Source: an uncultured Campylobacterales bacterium
Lineage (GTDB): Bacteria > Campylobacterota > Campylobacteria > Campylobacterales > CAZXTK01
Direction of reading: 5' to 3'
Assembly: GCA_964643665.1 (NCBI GenBank)
Contig: CAZXTK010000004.1
Location: 1-35,086, forward strand
DNA length: 35,086 bases
Part shown: positions 9,524 through 18,010 of the stretch, one piece after another
Position numbering within the stretch: the stretch's first letter is position 1
How the letters are laid out: each line of letters starts with the position of its first letter
Translations under genes and position numbers: made by a program
Notes under the pieces: model-generated
Databases searched by the model: none
What the model was told of the DNA's origin: nothing
Seen by the model: only the letters and a program-made list of their open reading frames with translations

Positions 9524-10660
9524 ATGAAATTCAACAAAGCATTAAAAAATATTTCTGTATATGAAGCTGGCAAACCAATAGAGCTTGTAATAAAGAAATA
9601 TGGCATCAAAAGCAAAGATATCATAAAACTTGCATCAAATGAAAATCCATATAAAACAAACAAAAAAGTCCAAAAAGCAATTAAAGATAGTGCCATAAAT
9701 GCATATAGATACCCAGACGATAGTATGAGCGAGCTAAAAAGATTATTGGCAAAAAAACATAATGTCGCACAAGAGAATATAATTATAGGTGCAGGCAGTG
9801 ATCAGATTATATTTTTTGCAATAAATGCAAAATGCAAAGAAGGTAGCAATATACTTATATCTAAAACTACTTTTGCAATGTATGAAATATATGCCAAGCA
9901 AATAGGTTGTAATGTAATAAAAACCCCATCTAATGAGCATAAATTAGATGAATTTTATGAAATATACAAAAAAAACCTTAATACAAAAAATAAAATAGAT
10001 ATTATATTTTTATGTCTGCCAAATAACCCACTTGGCGAGTGTGTAGGAGCAAAAGAAGTTGCAAGTTTTTTAGACAAAATCGATGATGACACATTGGTTG
10101 TTTTAGATTTGGCATACAATGACTATGCCACTTTTAAAGATGCAAAAAAACAAATAGAGCCTAAAAAAATTATAAAAAAATACAATAATGTATTGAGTTT
10201 AAATACATTTTCTAAATCATACGCTCTTGGCGGTATGAGGGTAGGTTATGGCATTAGCACCAAAGAGATAATATCAAGCCTTTATAAAATACGCCCACCA
10301 TTTAATATAACAACTCTATCTTTATCATCTGCAATTTGCGCCCTAAAAGATAAAAAATTTGTCCAAAAAAGCATATCAAAAAACTTCCAACAAATGAAAA
10401 AATACGAAAAATTTGCAAATGATAATGATATATCTTTTATCAACTCATATACTAATTTTATAGTTTTTATATTTGATAGTAAAAATTATAAAACACAAAA
10501 TATAGCAACTTTTATATGTCAAGAGTTACTTAAAAAAGGCATTATTATACGAGATATAAGCTATTACAAACCAAATGCGATACGAATAACAATAGGCACT
10601 AAAAAACAAAATAAAATTGTATTAAAAGAGCTAAAAACCCTCATAAGCACACTAAGTTAG
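9524..10660 (+). CDS. hisC: Histidinol-phosphate aminotransferase
   Basis: IKLASNENP, RYPD, PNNP and TFSKSYALGGMRVGY (PLP lysine). Start moved to ATG 9524 (MKFN..., matching Campylobacterota HisC). Confidence 0.95.
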   Translation: MKFNKALKNISVYEAGKPIELVIKKYGIKSKDIIKLASNENPYKTNKKVQKAIKDSAINAYRYPDDSMSELKRLLAKKHNVAQENIIIGAGSDQIIFFAINAKCKEGSNILISKTTFAMYEIYAKQIGCNVIKTPSNEHKLDEFYEIYKKNLNTKNKIDIIFLCLPNNPLGECVGAKEVASFLDKIDDDTLVVLDLAYNDYATFKDAKKQIEPKKIIKKYNNVLSLNTFSKSYALGGMRVGYGISTKEIISSLYKIRPPFNITTLSLSSAICALKDKKFVQKSISKNFQQMKKYEKFANDNDISFINSYTNFIVFIFDSKNYKTQNIATFICQELLKKGIIIRDISYYKPNAIRITIGTKKQNKIVLKELKTLISTLS

Positions 10661-10666
10661 TATCTT

Positions 10667-12565
10667 ATGCAATTTGACATTAAAAATAAAAACACTAAAC
10701 AATTAGAAGATATTGCTTTCAAGATTAGAGATAAAATAATAAATACTGTATCAAAAACAGGCGGACATTTAAGCTCGCCTCTTGGGGCGGTTGATCTTAT
10801 TATTGGTATGCATAAGGTTTTTGATGTAAATAAAGAGCCATTTATTTTTGATGTTTCTCATCAAGCTTATGCGCATAAATTGCTAACTGATAGATGGGAT
10901 AGGTTTGATAATTTGCGAGTATATGGAGGAATATCTGGATTTACAAACCCAAATGAGAGCAAATATGACTCTTTTGTAGCAGGGCATAGCTCAACATCTT
11001 TGTCTTTGGCGGCAGGTTGCGCAAAAGCTTTTAGGCTAAAAAACAAAAAACTAACACCAGTTGTTATGATAGGCGATGGCTCTATGAGTGCTGGTATGGT
11101 ATATGAAGCTCTAAATGAAATAGGGGATTTAAAATTACCAATAGTTATTGTTTTAAATGATAATGAAATGAGCATATCAAAACCAATTGGAGCAATATCA
11201 AAATACCTAAGCAAAATATTAGCAGGTTCACTCTATCAAGGCATAAGAAAGAAAGTTGATTTTGTTTTAAAAAGATATTTCTCAAACACATTTATATATT
11301 TAGCGCAAAAATTTGAAGAGAGTCTAAAACTAATCACCCCGGGTATATTGTTTGAAGAGTTAGGTATTGATTATATTGGCCCCATAGATGGGCATAATAT
11401 TGATGAGATAATAAAAGTGCTAACTATTGCAAAAGAGTTACAAAAGCCAGTTATTGTGCATGCAAAAACATTAAAAGGCAAAGGCTACAAGATTGCAGAG
11501 GGTAATTTTGAGAGCTGGCATGGAGTAGGTGCTTTTGATATTGCAACAGGAGAGCCAATTGTTAGCAATATCAAACAAAAGCAAGAGCAAAACAAACAAA
11601 TTGCAAAAGGCAATATAAAAAACGCAATAATGCAAAAAGATGCCACAAGTGTGTTTTCAAGTGCTTTGTTGAAGCTTGCAAAAAAATACAAAAATGTTGT
11701 AGGTGTATCAGCTGCGATGCCTGTTGGAACAGGAATTGACAATCTTATGTCTTGTATTCCTGATCGTTTTTGGGATGTTGCAATAGCAGAACAACATGCA
11801 GTTACTTCTATGGGTGCTATGGCAAAAGAAGGCTTTAAACCATTTATTGCAATTTATTCTACTTTTTTGCAAAGAGCATATGATCAAATAATTCACGATA
11901 TTGCAATTTCAAATCTAAATGTAGTTTTTGCAATAGATAGAGCCGGCATAGTCGGTGCAGATGGCGAAACACATCAAGGCGCATTTGATATATCTTTTTT
12001 AAGAGCTCTGCCGAATATGGTATTGTTTGCACCTTGCTCTAATGAGGGGCTTGTTGATTGTGTAGAGTTTGCATATCATTACAAGGGCGTGTGTGCTTTT
12101 AGGTATCCAAGAGGTAATTTTAAACAATTGCCATTTAAGCATAGCAAATTTGTTTTTGCAAAAAGCGTATGGCTAAATGAATGCAAAAAAAGTGTAGATT
12201 TAAATAAGCAAAAAATAGCATTGATAGGCTATGGCAAGGGGGTAGAGCTTGCCTATGATGTTGGTGAGATTTTGGGAGGGGAATTTAATCTTGTAGATTT
12301 GAGATTTGTAAAACCATTAGATAAAGATTTTCTGCTTGATTTATCTAAAAAATGCAACAAATGGTTTGTGTTTAGCAATAGTGCAAAAATAGGCGGAGTA
12401 GGCGCAGCTTTAATGGAGTTTATTAGTGATAATAATTTAAATGTTAGAGTTATTAGTTTCGAGTATGAAGATAAATTTATAACACATGGCGATAGCAAAG
12501 AGGTAGAAACAAGCTTAGGGATAGATGCAAAAACTATCGCAAGCAAAATCAAAAAAATACTCTAA
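10667..12565 (+). CDS. dxs: 1-deoxy-D-xylulose-5-phosphate synthase
   Basis: GGHLSS, FDVSHQAYAHKLLT, GDGSMSAG...LNDNEMSI (TPP motif), IAEQHA and DRAGIVGADGETHQG motifs. Confidence 0.98.
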   Translation: MQFDIKNKNTKQLEDIAFKIRDKIINTVSKTGGHLSSPLGAVDLIIGMHKVFDVNKEPFIFDVSHQAYAHKLLTDRWDRFDNLRVYGGISGFTNPNESKYDSFVAGHSSTSLSLAAGCAKAFRLKNKKLTPVVMIGDGSMSAGMVYEALNEIGDLKLPIVIVLNDNEMSISKPIGAISKYLSKILAGSLYQGIRKKVDFVLKRYFSNTFIYLAQKFEESLKLITPGILFEELGIDYIGPIDGHNIDEIIKVLTIAKELQKPVIVHAKTLKGKGYKIAEGNFESWHGVGAFDIATGEPIVSNIKQKQEQNKQIAKGNIKNAIMQKDATSVFSSALLKLAKKYKNVVGVSAAMPVGTGIDNLMSCIPDRFWDVAIAEQHAVTSMGAMAKEGFKPFIAIYSTFLQRAYDQIIHDIAISNLNVVFAIDRAGIVGADGETHQGAFDISFLRALPNMVLFAPCSNEGLVDCVEFAYHYKGVCAFRYPRGNFKQLPFKHSKFVFAKSVWLNECKKSVDLNKQKIALIGYGKGVELAYDVGEILGGEFNLVDLRFVKPLDKDFLLDLSKKCNKWFVFSNSAKIGGVGAALMEFISDNNLNVRVISFEYEDKFITHGDSKEVETSLGIDAKTIASKIKKIL

Positions 12566-12599
12566 AACTAATCACTAAGCATAGTATAATAGATGTAAA

Positions 12600-12968
12600 T
12601 TATGCCTTTTTTGTTATTTTACTAAATACGCTTGGTAGTTTGTTAGGGCAATTTATTCTTAATTGTTTATTTACATTCATTCTGCCAAAAACAACCTCTA
12701 TGTCTTTTATTTTTACACCAAACTCACTCGCTAAAAATTTGACTAAATGATCTGTTGCTTTGCCGTTTATGGGTGCTGCGGCAACTGATATTTTGAGCTG
12801 ATTGCCAAAAGGCTTGCCTATTTTTGTAATTTTAGATGATGGTTTGCCTAGTATATTAAACACCAAAACATCATCTTCCCACCAAGCCCATTTGTTTTTG
12901 TCTTTGTATATGTGAGGCTTTTGCTCTTTTAGCTTTTTGCTATCTTGTTTGTTTTGATTTTTTGCCAA
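12600..12968 (-). CDS. DUF167 (YggU/UPF0235) family protein
   Basis: LKISVAAAPINGKATDHLVKFLASEFGV..IEVVFG...NKQLRI pattern. The TTG start is uncertain and has no clear RBS. Confidence 0.8.
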   Translation of the reverse strand: MAKNQNKQDSKKLKEQKPHIYKDKNKWAWWEDDVLVFNILGKPSSKITKIGKPFGNQLKISVAAAPINGKATDHLVKFLASEFGVKIKDIEVVFGRMNVNKQLRINCPNKLPSVFSKITKKA

Positions 12969-13001
12969 TGTGTTAGATTTTTTGCTATTTTGTTTTAGAA
13001 T

Positions 13002-13020
13002 AGTAGCATTTGATGCTACT
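13002..13020. repeat. Perfect 8-bp inverted repeat with 3-bp spacer
   Basis: AGTAGCAT-TTG-ATGCTACT between the orphan ORF and the DUF167 gene. Confidence 0.6.
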
Positions 13021-13100
13021 TTGAGAGCCCGCTATAATGCGCATGAATGGATAATTTGTAAGTTTCTAAAATTCTAATCATCAAAAACTGCAAAGGTTTT

Positions 13101-13361
13101 TTATGTATTGCTATTTAAAAATTCCATATATCGTTTAAATTTGTCAATAGTGCTTTGTCGAATAGCTTTTGATTTACCAAATCTATTTTTGTGCTTTTTT
13201 AGCCCGTCATAAATTCTTCTAAGATCGCACTCTTCATGTGTGCCTTCTTTCCCATATTTACTTGAAAAACCATACAAGGTTAGTCCTTCAAATTCTAATT
13301 TTTCATTAAATTCTATCCATAATTTATTAAATTCTTCCAACGTGTTTTTTGGTTTGCTCAC
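13101..13361 (-). CDS. Hypothetical 86-aa protein
   Basis: GTG start 5 nt after a strong AAGGAG RBS; natural-looking charged, helical composition; no family recognised. Confidence 0.65.
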   Translation of the reverse strand: MSKPKNTLEEFNKLWIEFNEKLEFEGLTLYGFSSKYGKEGTHEECDLRRIYDGLKKHKNRFGKSKAIRQSTIDKFKRYMEFLNSNT

Positions 13362-13521
13362 AAAATCTCCTTATTTTATAGTATTCTTGTGTTATTGTTG
13401 TAACAGCAAGGACATTAAAGATATATTTTACCATAAAATGCAAAAAATAATAAAAATATTTAGATTTATTTGAGAATTTATAAATATAAAATTCAAAAGT
13501 GCATAAAAGCCAAACTATTAC

Positions 13522-13541
13522 AAGCTTTTTTAGAGTATAAT
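13522..13541 (+). promoter_or_regulatory. Putative housekeeping promoter for the MFS-panD unit
   Basis: TATAAT at 13536-13541 preceded by AAG-N11, 43 nt upstream of the MFS start. Confidence 0.5.
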
Positions 13542-13584
13542 TAGCACTAAATATTTTTAATTTTATTTAAACAAAGGCTTATTT

Positions 13585-14904
13585 ATGCTTAAATCAATTT
13601 TGCCATTAGGTTTAATTATTTCTCTAAGATTTTTTGGATTATTTGTAATATTGCCTGTTGTATCAATTTATGTTCTAAAATTCAACGAGGACTCAGCAGT
13701 GCTTTTGGGGTTAGCAGTTGGTGTTTATGCTATATCTCAAATGGCTTTTCAAATACCTTTTGGAATGGCAAGTGATAAATTTGGCAGAAAAAAAATAATA
13801 GCATTAGGTATTTTGATATTTATAATAGGCTCTTTTGTTTGTTTTTATGCAGACGATATTTACACCTTTATATTGGGTAGATTCTTGCAAGGTCTTGGCG
13901 CAATATCTAGCTCAATAATGGCATTTGTGAGTGATTTAGTAAAAGAAGAGCAAAGAGCAAAATCTATGGCAACCATAGGCTCATTTATTGCACTATCTTT
14001 TATGGTGGCTATGTTTGTATCTCCATTTTATGCGCATTATTTTAGTGTTAGCTCATTATTTTTGCTCACAGCTGCTCTTGGGGTTGTTTCTTTGTATATT
14101 TTGTTTGCTTACACTCCAAACCCACCAAGCGTACAACACTCGTATAAAAACGCAAACCAAAGCCTAAAAGAAGCACTAAGCTCAAATGTTTTGATAATGT
14201 CTCTTACTAACTTTTTACAAAAATTATTTTTGAGTATGTATTTTGTAATTATTCCAATAGTTTTAACTAAAAATTTTCATTGGGAGATAGTAGAGTTGTG
14301 GAAAATATATGTTCCTGCTATATTTTTGGGCATTTTCTCTATGGGTGGTGGAGCGTTTTTAGCAGAAGCAAAATTCAAATTTAAACAAGTTTTAGCGTTT
14401 GGTATTTTATGTTTTGGAGCATCTTTTGGATTGATAGCATTTAGTTGGGATGTATCTTTGTTTATTATGGGTGTTTTAGTGTTTTTTATAGGGTTCAATA
14501 CTCATGAGCCAATTATGCAATCTTTGGTTACAAAATACATAAAGACTTCTAATAGGGGTAAGGTTTTAGGTTTCTTTAACTCTTGTGGGTATTTAGGAAC
14601 ATTCTTAGGCGCAATTATTGGAATGGCATTTGTTGCTTATTATGAGCATATATTTTTGCTCTCTCTTATCATTGTATTTGTTTGTATTCTTTGGTTAGTG
14701 TTTATTTACTTTTTAGATAAACCTGCAAAAAATAAAAATCTATATATGGATATTAGTACACTAGATATATCAAAATACTCACATTTAGATGGTTATTCTT
14801 GGTGTAAGGATTGGTATATAAATAATAGCGAAAAACTGTTAGTGGTAAAATACGATAGTGATGAAATAGATGAAAACCAAGCGCAGAAATTAGCTTTAAA
14901 ATAA
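13585..14904 (+). CDS. MFS transporter, YajR-like
   Basis: About 12 TM segments; [23 protein letters not shown] (MFS motif A) and GRFLQGLGA. Confidence 0.9.
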   Translation: MLKSILPLGLIISLRFFGLFVILPVVSIYVLKFNEDSAVLLGLAVGVYAISQMAFQIPFGMASDKFGRKKIIALGILIFIIGSFVCFYADDIYTFILGRFLQGLGAISSSIMAFVSDLVKEEQRAKSMATIGSFIALSFMVAMFVSPFYAHYFSVSSLFLLTAALGVVSLYILFAYTPNPPSVQHSYKNANQSLKEALSSNVLIMSLTNFLQKLFLSMYFVIIPIVLTKNFHWEIVELWKIYVPAIFLGIFSMGGGAFLAEAKFKFKQVLAFGILCFGASFGLIAFSWDVSLFIMGVLVFFIGFNTHEPIMQSLVTKYIKTSNRGKVLGFFNSCGYLGTFLGAIIGMAFVAYYEHIFLLSLIIVFVCILWLVFIYFLDKPAKNKNLYMDISTLDISKYSHLDGYSWCKDWYINNSEKLLVVKYDSDEIDENQAQKLALK

Positions 14905-14915
14905 GAGGGTTATAT

Positions 14916-15266
14916 ATGCTAATTGAAGTAATGCAAGCTAAAATACACAGAGCAAAAGTAACACAGAGCAATCTTGATTATAATGGATCTATTGGTATAG
15001 ACGAAGATCTTTTAGAAGCTAGTGGGATTTTGCCTAATCAAAAAGTAGATGTTTTAAACATAAATAATGGTGAGAGATTTACAACATATGCAATAAAAGA
15101 GCCACGAGGTAGTGGAGTTATATGCATAAATGGTGCAGGGGCAAGAAAGGCTCAGGTTAATGATTTGATTATCATTGTAGCGTATGGGGCAATGCCGTAT
15201 GAGAGCGCTAAAAGCCATACACCTAAGGTTGTACAAGTAGATAGCAAAAACGCTATTATAAAATAA
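14916..15266 (+). CDS. panD: Aspartate 1-decarboxylase
   Basis: [16 protein letters not shown] (Gly-Ser autocleavage site), NGERFTTY and INGAGAR. Confidence 0.97.
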   Translation: MLIEVMQAKIHRAKVTQSNLDYNGSIGIDEDLLEASGILPNQKVDVLNINNGERFTTYAIKEPRGSGVICINGAGARKAQVNDLIIIVAYGAMPYESAKSHTPKVVQVDSKNAIIK

Positions 15267-15309
15267 TCAGCATTAGCTCAATATAGCAAATATAGGCAAA
15301 TTAAATAGA

Positions 15310-15984
15310 TTATTTTATTATATCCCTAAAACTATCAAATACCTTATCGGGGTTGTTTTCTCTAATATCTTGCCCCATATTATAGCCGTAGGTTAAAACC
15401 CATACATCTATATTTGCATTTCTTGCTGTTTTGATATCAATAGATGAATCACCTACAAACAATAAATTACTTACATCCACACCCATTTGCTCAGATATAT
15501 AGCCCAGCCCCTTTGGGTTAGGTTTTTTAACATCTAATGTATCACCACTTACAATACAATCAAACATTTTTGTCATATCGTGAAGCTCCAATACTTTATT
15601 AGTAAATCTACCTTCTTTATTGGTCATTACGGCTAATTTCAACCCTTTTTCTCTTAGCTCTACTAGCACTTCTTTTACGCCATCATAGGGCATACCCTTT
15701 GTTGCACATCTTGCGTCGTAATGCTTTTTAAATATCGTATATCCATCATCAAAATAATCTGATTTTTCTATATCGCTTATGCTATCGCCCTTTATGTAAG
15801 ATAGAGCTTCCAAAAACAATGTTTTAGTCCCAAGTCCAATCCATGTACATACTAACTCATTTTTAATAGTTGGCAAGTTCATATCTTTTAGTGTATCGTT
15901 TAGCCCATCTGCTATCTCTTCACATGTTTGAATCAAAGTGCCATCTAAATCAAATACAATACCTTTGTAATCATATGTATTCAT
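15310..15984 (-). CDS. cbbZ: Phosphoglycolate phosphatase (HAD), CbbZ/Gph
   Basis: FDLDGTL, TNK, SGDTLDVKKPNP, VGDSSID and YGYN motifs; last gene of the CBB cluster. Confidence 0.88.
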   Translation of the reverse strand: MNTYDYKGIVFDLDGTLIQTCEEIADGLNDTLKDMNLPTIKNELVCTWIGLGTKTLFLEALSYIKGDSISDIEKSDYFDDGYTIFKKHYDARCATKGMPYDGVKEVLVELREKGLKLAVMTNKEGRFTNKVLELHDMTKMFDCIVSGDTLDVKKPNPKGLGYISEQMGVDVSNLLFVGDSSIDIKTARNANIDVWVLTYGYNMGQDIRENNPDKVFDSFRDIIK

Positions 15985-16012
15985 TTTTTATTCCTTTTAT
16001 TTGTTGTATTTT

Positions 16013-16702
16013 TTAGAGCGATTTTAGTTTTTCTATATTTATATCTGATAAATTATCAACAACCATAAATGCATTGCCAAAATCATGCGCCTTTGTGTAT
16101 ATTGTAGGTGTTATAATTGTCTTTATGTTTGCTTGAGTTGTGGCTTTTATTCCATTGATAGAATCCTCAAAAGCTATTGCTTGAGATGCATCTACGCCTA
16201 ATCTCTCCAAAGCTTGCAGATAAACTTGCGGATGTGGCTTTTTGATAGGTGCGCTATGCCCATCTTCTATAACATCAAAAAAACTCTCCCAATTAGAGCC
16301 TAGATTATAGCTTAGTAGGGCACTTATATTATCTGGCGTGGTAGTTGTTGCAATTGCAATTTTATATTTTTTATCATATGCTTCTTGTATTAGCTCTTCT
16401 ACACCATCTCGTAGTTTTAGAGCACCTTTTGCCACACAATCAGCATAGTTTTGCGTTTTTATAGCGTGAAGCTCTTTTATTAGCTCATCGCTTAAGCTCT
16501 CATTTATATTGCTAGCATGTTTTGCAATTCTCTCTTTGCCTCCTGATACTTCAAGAAGTCGTGTGTATAGCTCATCATTCCAGCACCATTTGTTGACACC
16601 TAATCCTTTTGCTCTAAATGCATAATTAAATGCCTCTAAGTGTAGTCTTTCTGTGTCCGCCAAAGTTCCATCTACATCAAAAATCAATGCTTTTAAATCC
16701 AT
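16013..16702 (-). CDS. cbbY: CbbY HAD phosphatase (xylulose-1,5-bisphosphate phosphatase family)
   Basis: ALIFDVDGTLADTE..HLEAFN, W-x-W...Y..LL.VSGGKER, IATTTTP, KKPHP and EDS motifs diagnostic of CbbY. Confidence 0.9.
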   Translation of the reverse strand: MDLKALIFDVDGTLADTERLHLEAFNYAFRAKGLGVNKWCWNDELYTRLLEVSGGKERIAKHASNINESLSDELIKELHAIKTQNYADCVAKGALKLRDGVEELIQEAYDKKYKIAIATTTTPDNISALLSYNLGSNWESFFDVIEDGHSAPIKKPHPQVYLQALERLGVDASQAIAFEDSINGIKATTQANIKTIITPTIYTKAHDFGNAFMVVDNLSDINIEKLKSL

Positions 16703-16728
16703 TTTATAGCCTTTACCTTGTTTAAATA

Positions 16729-16758
16729 ATTATAATAATCGTTATTTGAGATTGTCAA
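16729..16758 (-). promoter_or_regulatory. Consensus sigma70-type promoter for cbbY-cbbZ
   Basis: Minus strand reads TTGACA (16758-16753), 18 nt, TATAAT (16734-16729), 26 nt upstream of the cbbY start. Confidence 0.65.
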
Positions 16759-16827
16759 TATGAGCTTTATATGATTTATAATTAGTTAAAAAAGATTTCA
16801 TAGTGTTTTTGAGTTTTTGATGCAATT

Positions 16828-16857
16828 AAGCACCCAAGCCAAAAGGCTTAAATGCTT
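16828..16857 (-). terminator. Stem-loop after cbbA (terminator or mRNA-stabilising hairpin)
   Basis: Minus strand AAGCAUUUAAGCC-UUUU-GGCUUGGGUGCUU: 13-bp stem whose three U-G pairs form only on the minus-strand RNA; weak U tract. Confidence 0.65.
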
Positions 16858-16878
16858 GTTAAATTATTTAGATGCTAA

Positions 16879-17922
16879 TTATTTTTGGTTAGCATACATA
16901 TCTACATAAAATTGTAGAGATTTTGCTTTTATTTTGCTTGCTTGACCAGCACATCCAAATGCTTCAAATCTATCTTCACATATACCTTGAGCTGCTTCTT
17001 TTGCTGCTGCAAATAGTTTTCTTGGGTCAAACTCACCTGGGTTTTGTGTACAAAGTCTTCTAATAGCACCAGTCATTGCAAGTCTTAAATCTGTATCAAT
17101 ATTTACTTTTCTAGCACCATTTTTAATGCCTTCTACAATTTTATCAACTGGAACACCATAAGTATTTGCTATATCGCCACCATTTTCTCTGATGATTTTC
17201 AACCATTCTTGTGGAACAGAAGAAGAACCATGCATTACAATATGAGTGTTAGGTATTTTCTCAGAAATTGCTTTAATTCTTTTAATATCTAATACATCGT
17301 CACCTGGCTCTTTTGTAAATTTATATGCACCATGACTTGTTCCAATAGCAACAGCCAATGCATCAACACCAGTTTTCTTTACAAAATCCAAGGCTTCATC
17401 AGGGTCTGTAAGCATTTGATCGTGGCTTAATTTACCAACTGCACCAACACCATCTTCTTCACCAGCTTCACCAGTTTCTAACGAACCTAGACATCCTAAC
17501 TCTCCCTCAACACTCACACCAATAGCATGAGCCATATCTACTACTGTTTTTGTAACATCTACATTGTATTCATAACTTGCTGGAGTTTTACCATCTTCTC
17601 TTAGAGATCCGTCCATCATTACAGAAGTAAAACCACTTCTCATACTTTGTTGACAAACTGCTGGGCAAGAACCATGATCTTGATGTAAAACCACAGGAAT
17701 ATCTGGGTTGGCTTCAACAGCTGCCTCAACCATTTTTCTTAAAAATTCTTCTCCTGCATATTTTCTTGCACCTGCTGATGCTTGAAGTATTACAGGGCTA
17801 TCACATTTTTTAGCTGCATCCATAATAGAGTGAATTTGCTCCATATTGTTTATGTTAAACGCTGGAACACCATAAGAGTTTTCCGCTGCGTGGTCTAATA
17901 ATTGTTTTAATGAAATTAACAT
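16879..17922 (-). CDS. cbbA: Class II fructose/sedoheptulose-bisphosphate aldolase, Calvin-cycle subtype (CbbA)
   Basis: [65 protein letters not shown] and FDPRK. Confidence 0.95.
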   Translation of the reverse strand: MLISLKQLLDHAAENSYGVPAFNINNMEQIHSIMDAAKKCDSPVILQASAGARKYAGEEFLRKMVEAAVEANPDIPVVLHQDHGSCPAVCQQSMRSGFTSVMMDGSLREDGKTPASYEYNVDVTKTVVDMAHAIGVSVEGELGCLGSLETGEAGEEDGVGAVGKLSHDQMLTDPDEALDFVKKTGVDALAVAIGTSHGAYKFTKEPGDDVLDIKRIKAISEKIPNTHIVMHGSSSVPQEWLKIIRENGGDIANTYGVPVDKIVEGIKNGARKVNIDTDLRLAMTGAIRRLCTQNPGEFDPRKLFAAAKEAAQGICEDRFEAFGCAGQASKIKAKSLQFYVDMYANQK

Positions 17923-17973
17923 TTTTTATCCTTTTATATTTATTTATTTAATTTGCTTTATGATTTTATATTT

Positions 17974-18000
17974 TTTTTGCTTACTTTTTGCTTACTTTTT
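17974..18000. repeat. 11-bp tandem duplication in the cbbT-cbbA spacer
   Basis: TTTTTGCTTAC twice, followed by TTTTT. Confidence 0.5.
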
Positions 18001-18010
18001 AAATATGCTT

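Noticed and set aside
11560-11645. Lys/Gln/Asn-rich insertion in Dxs (SNIKQKQEQNKQIAKGNIKNAIMQK)
   Set aside because: It falls in the variable inter-domain linker and is in frame; no intein or other motif.
12985-13044. Short minus-strand ORF starting MRIIAG, like the RsmD N-terminus
   Set aside because: Only six residues match and similarity ends immediately; cannot be distinguished from chance.
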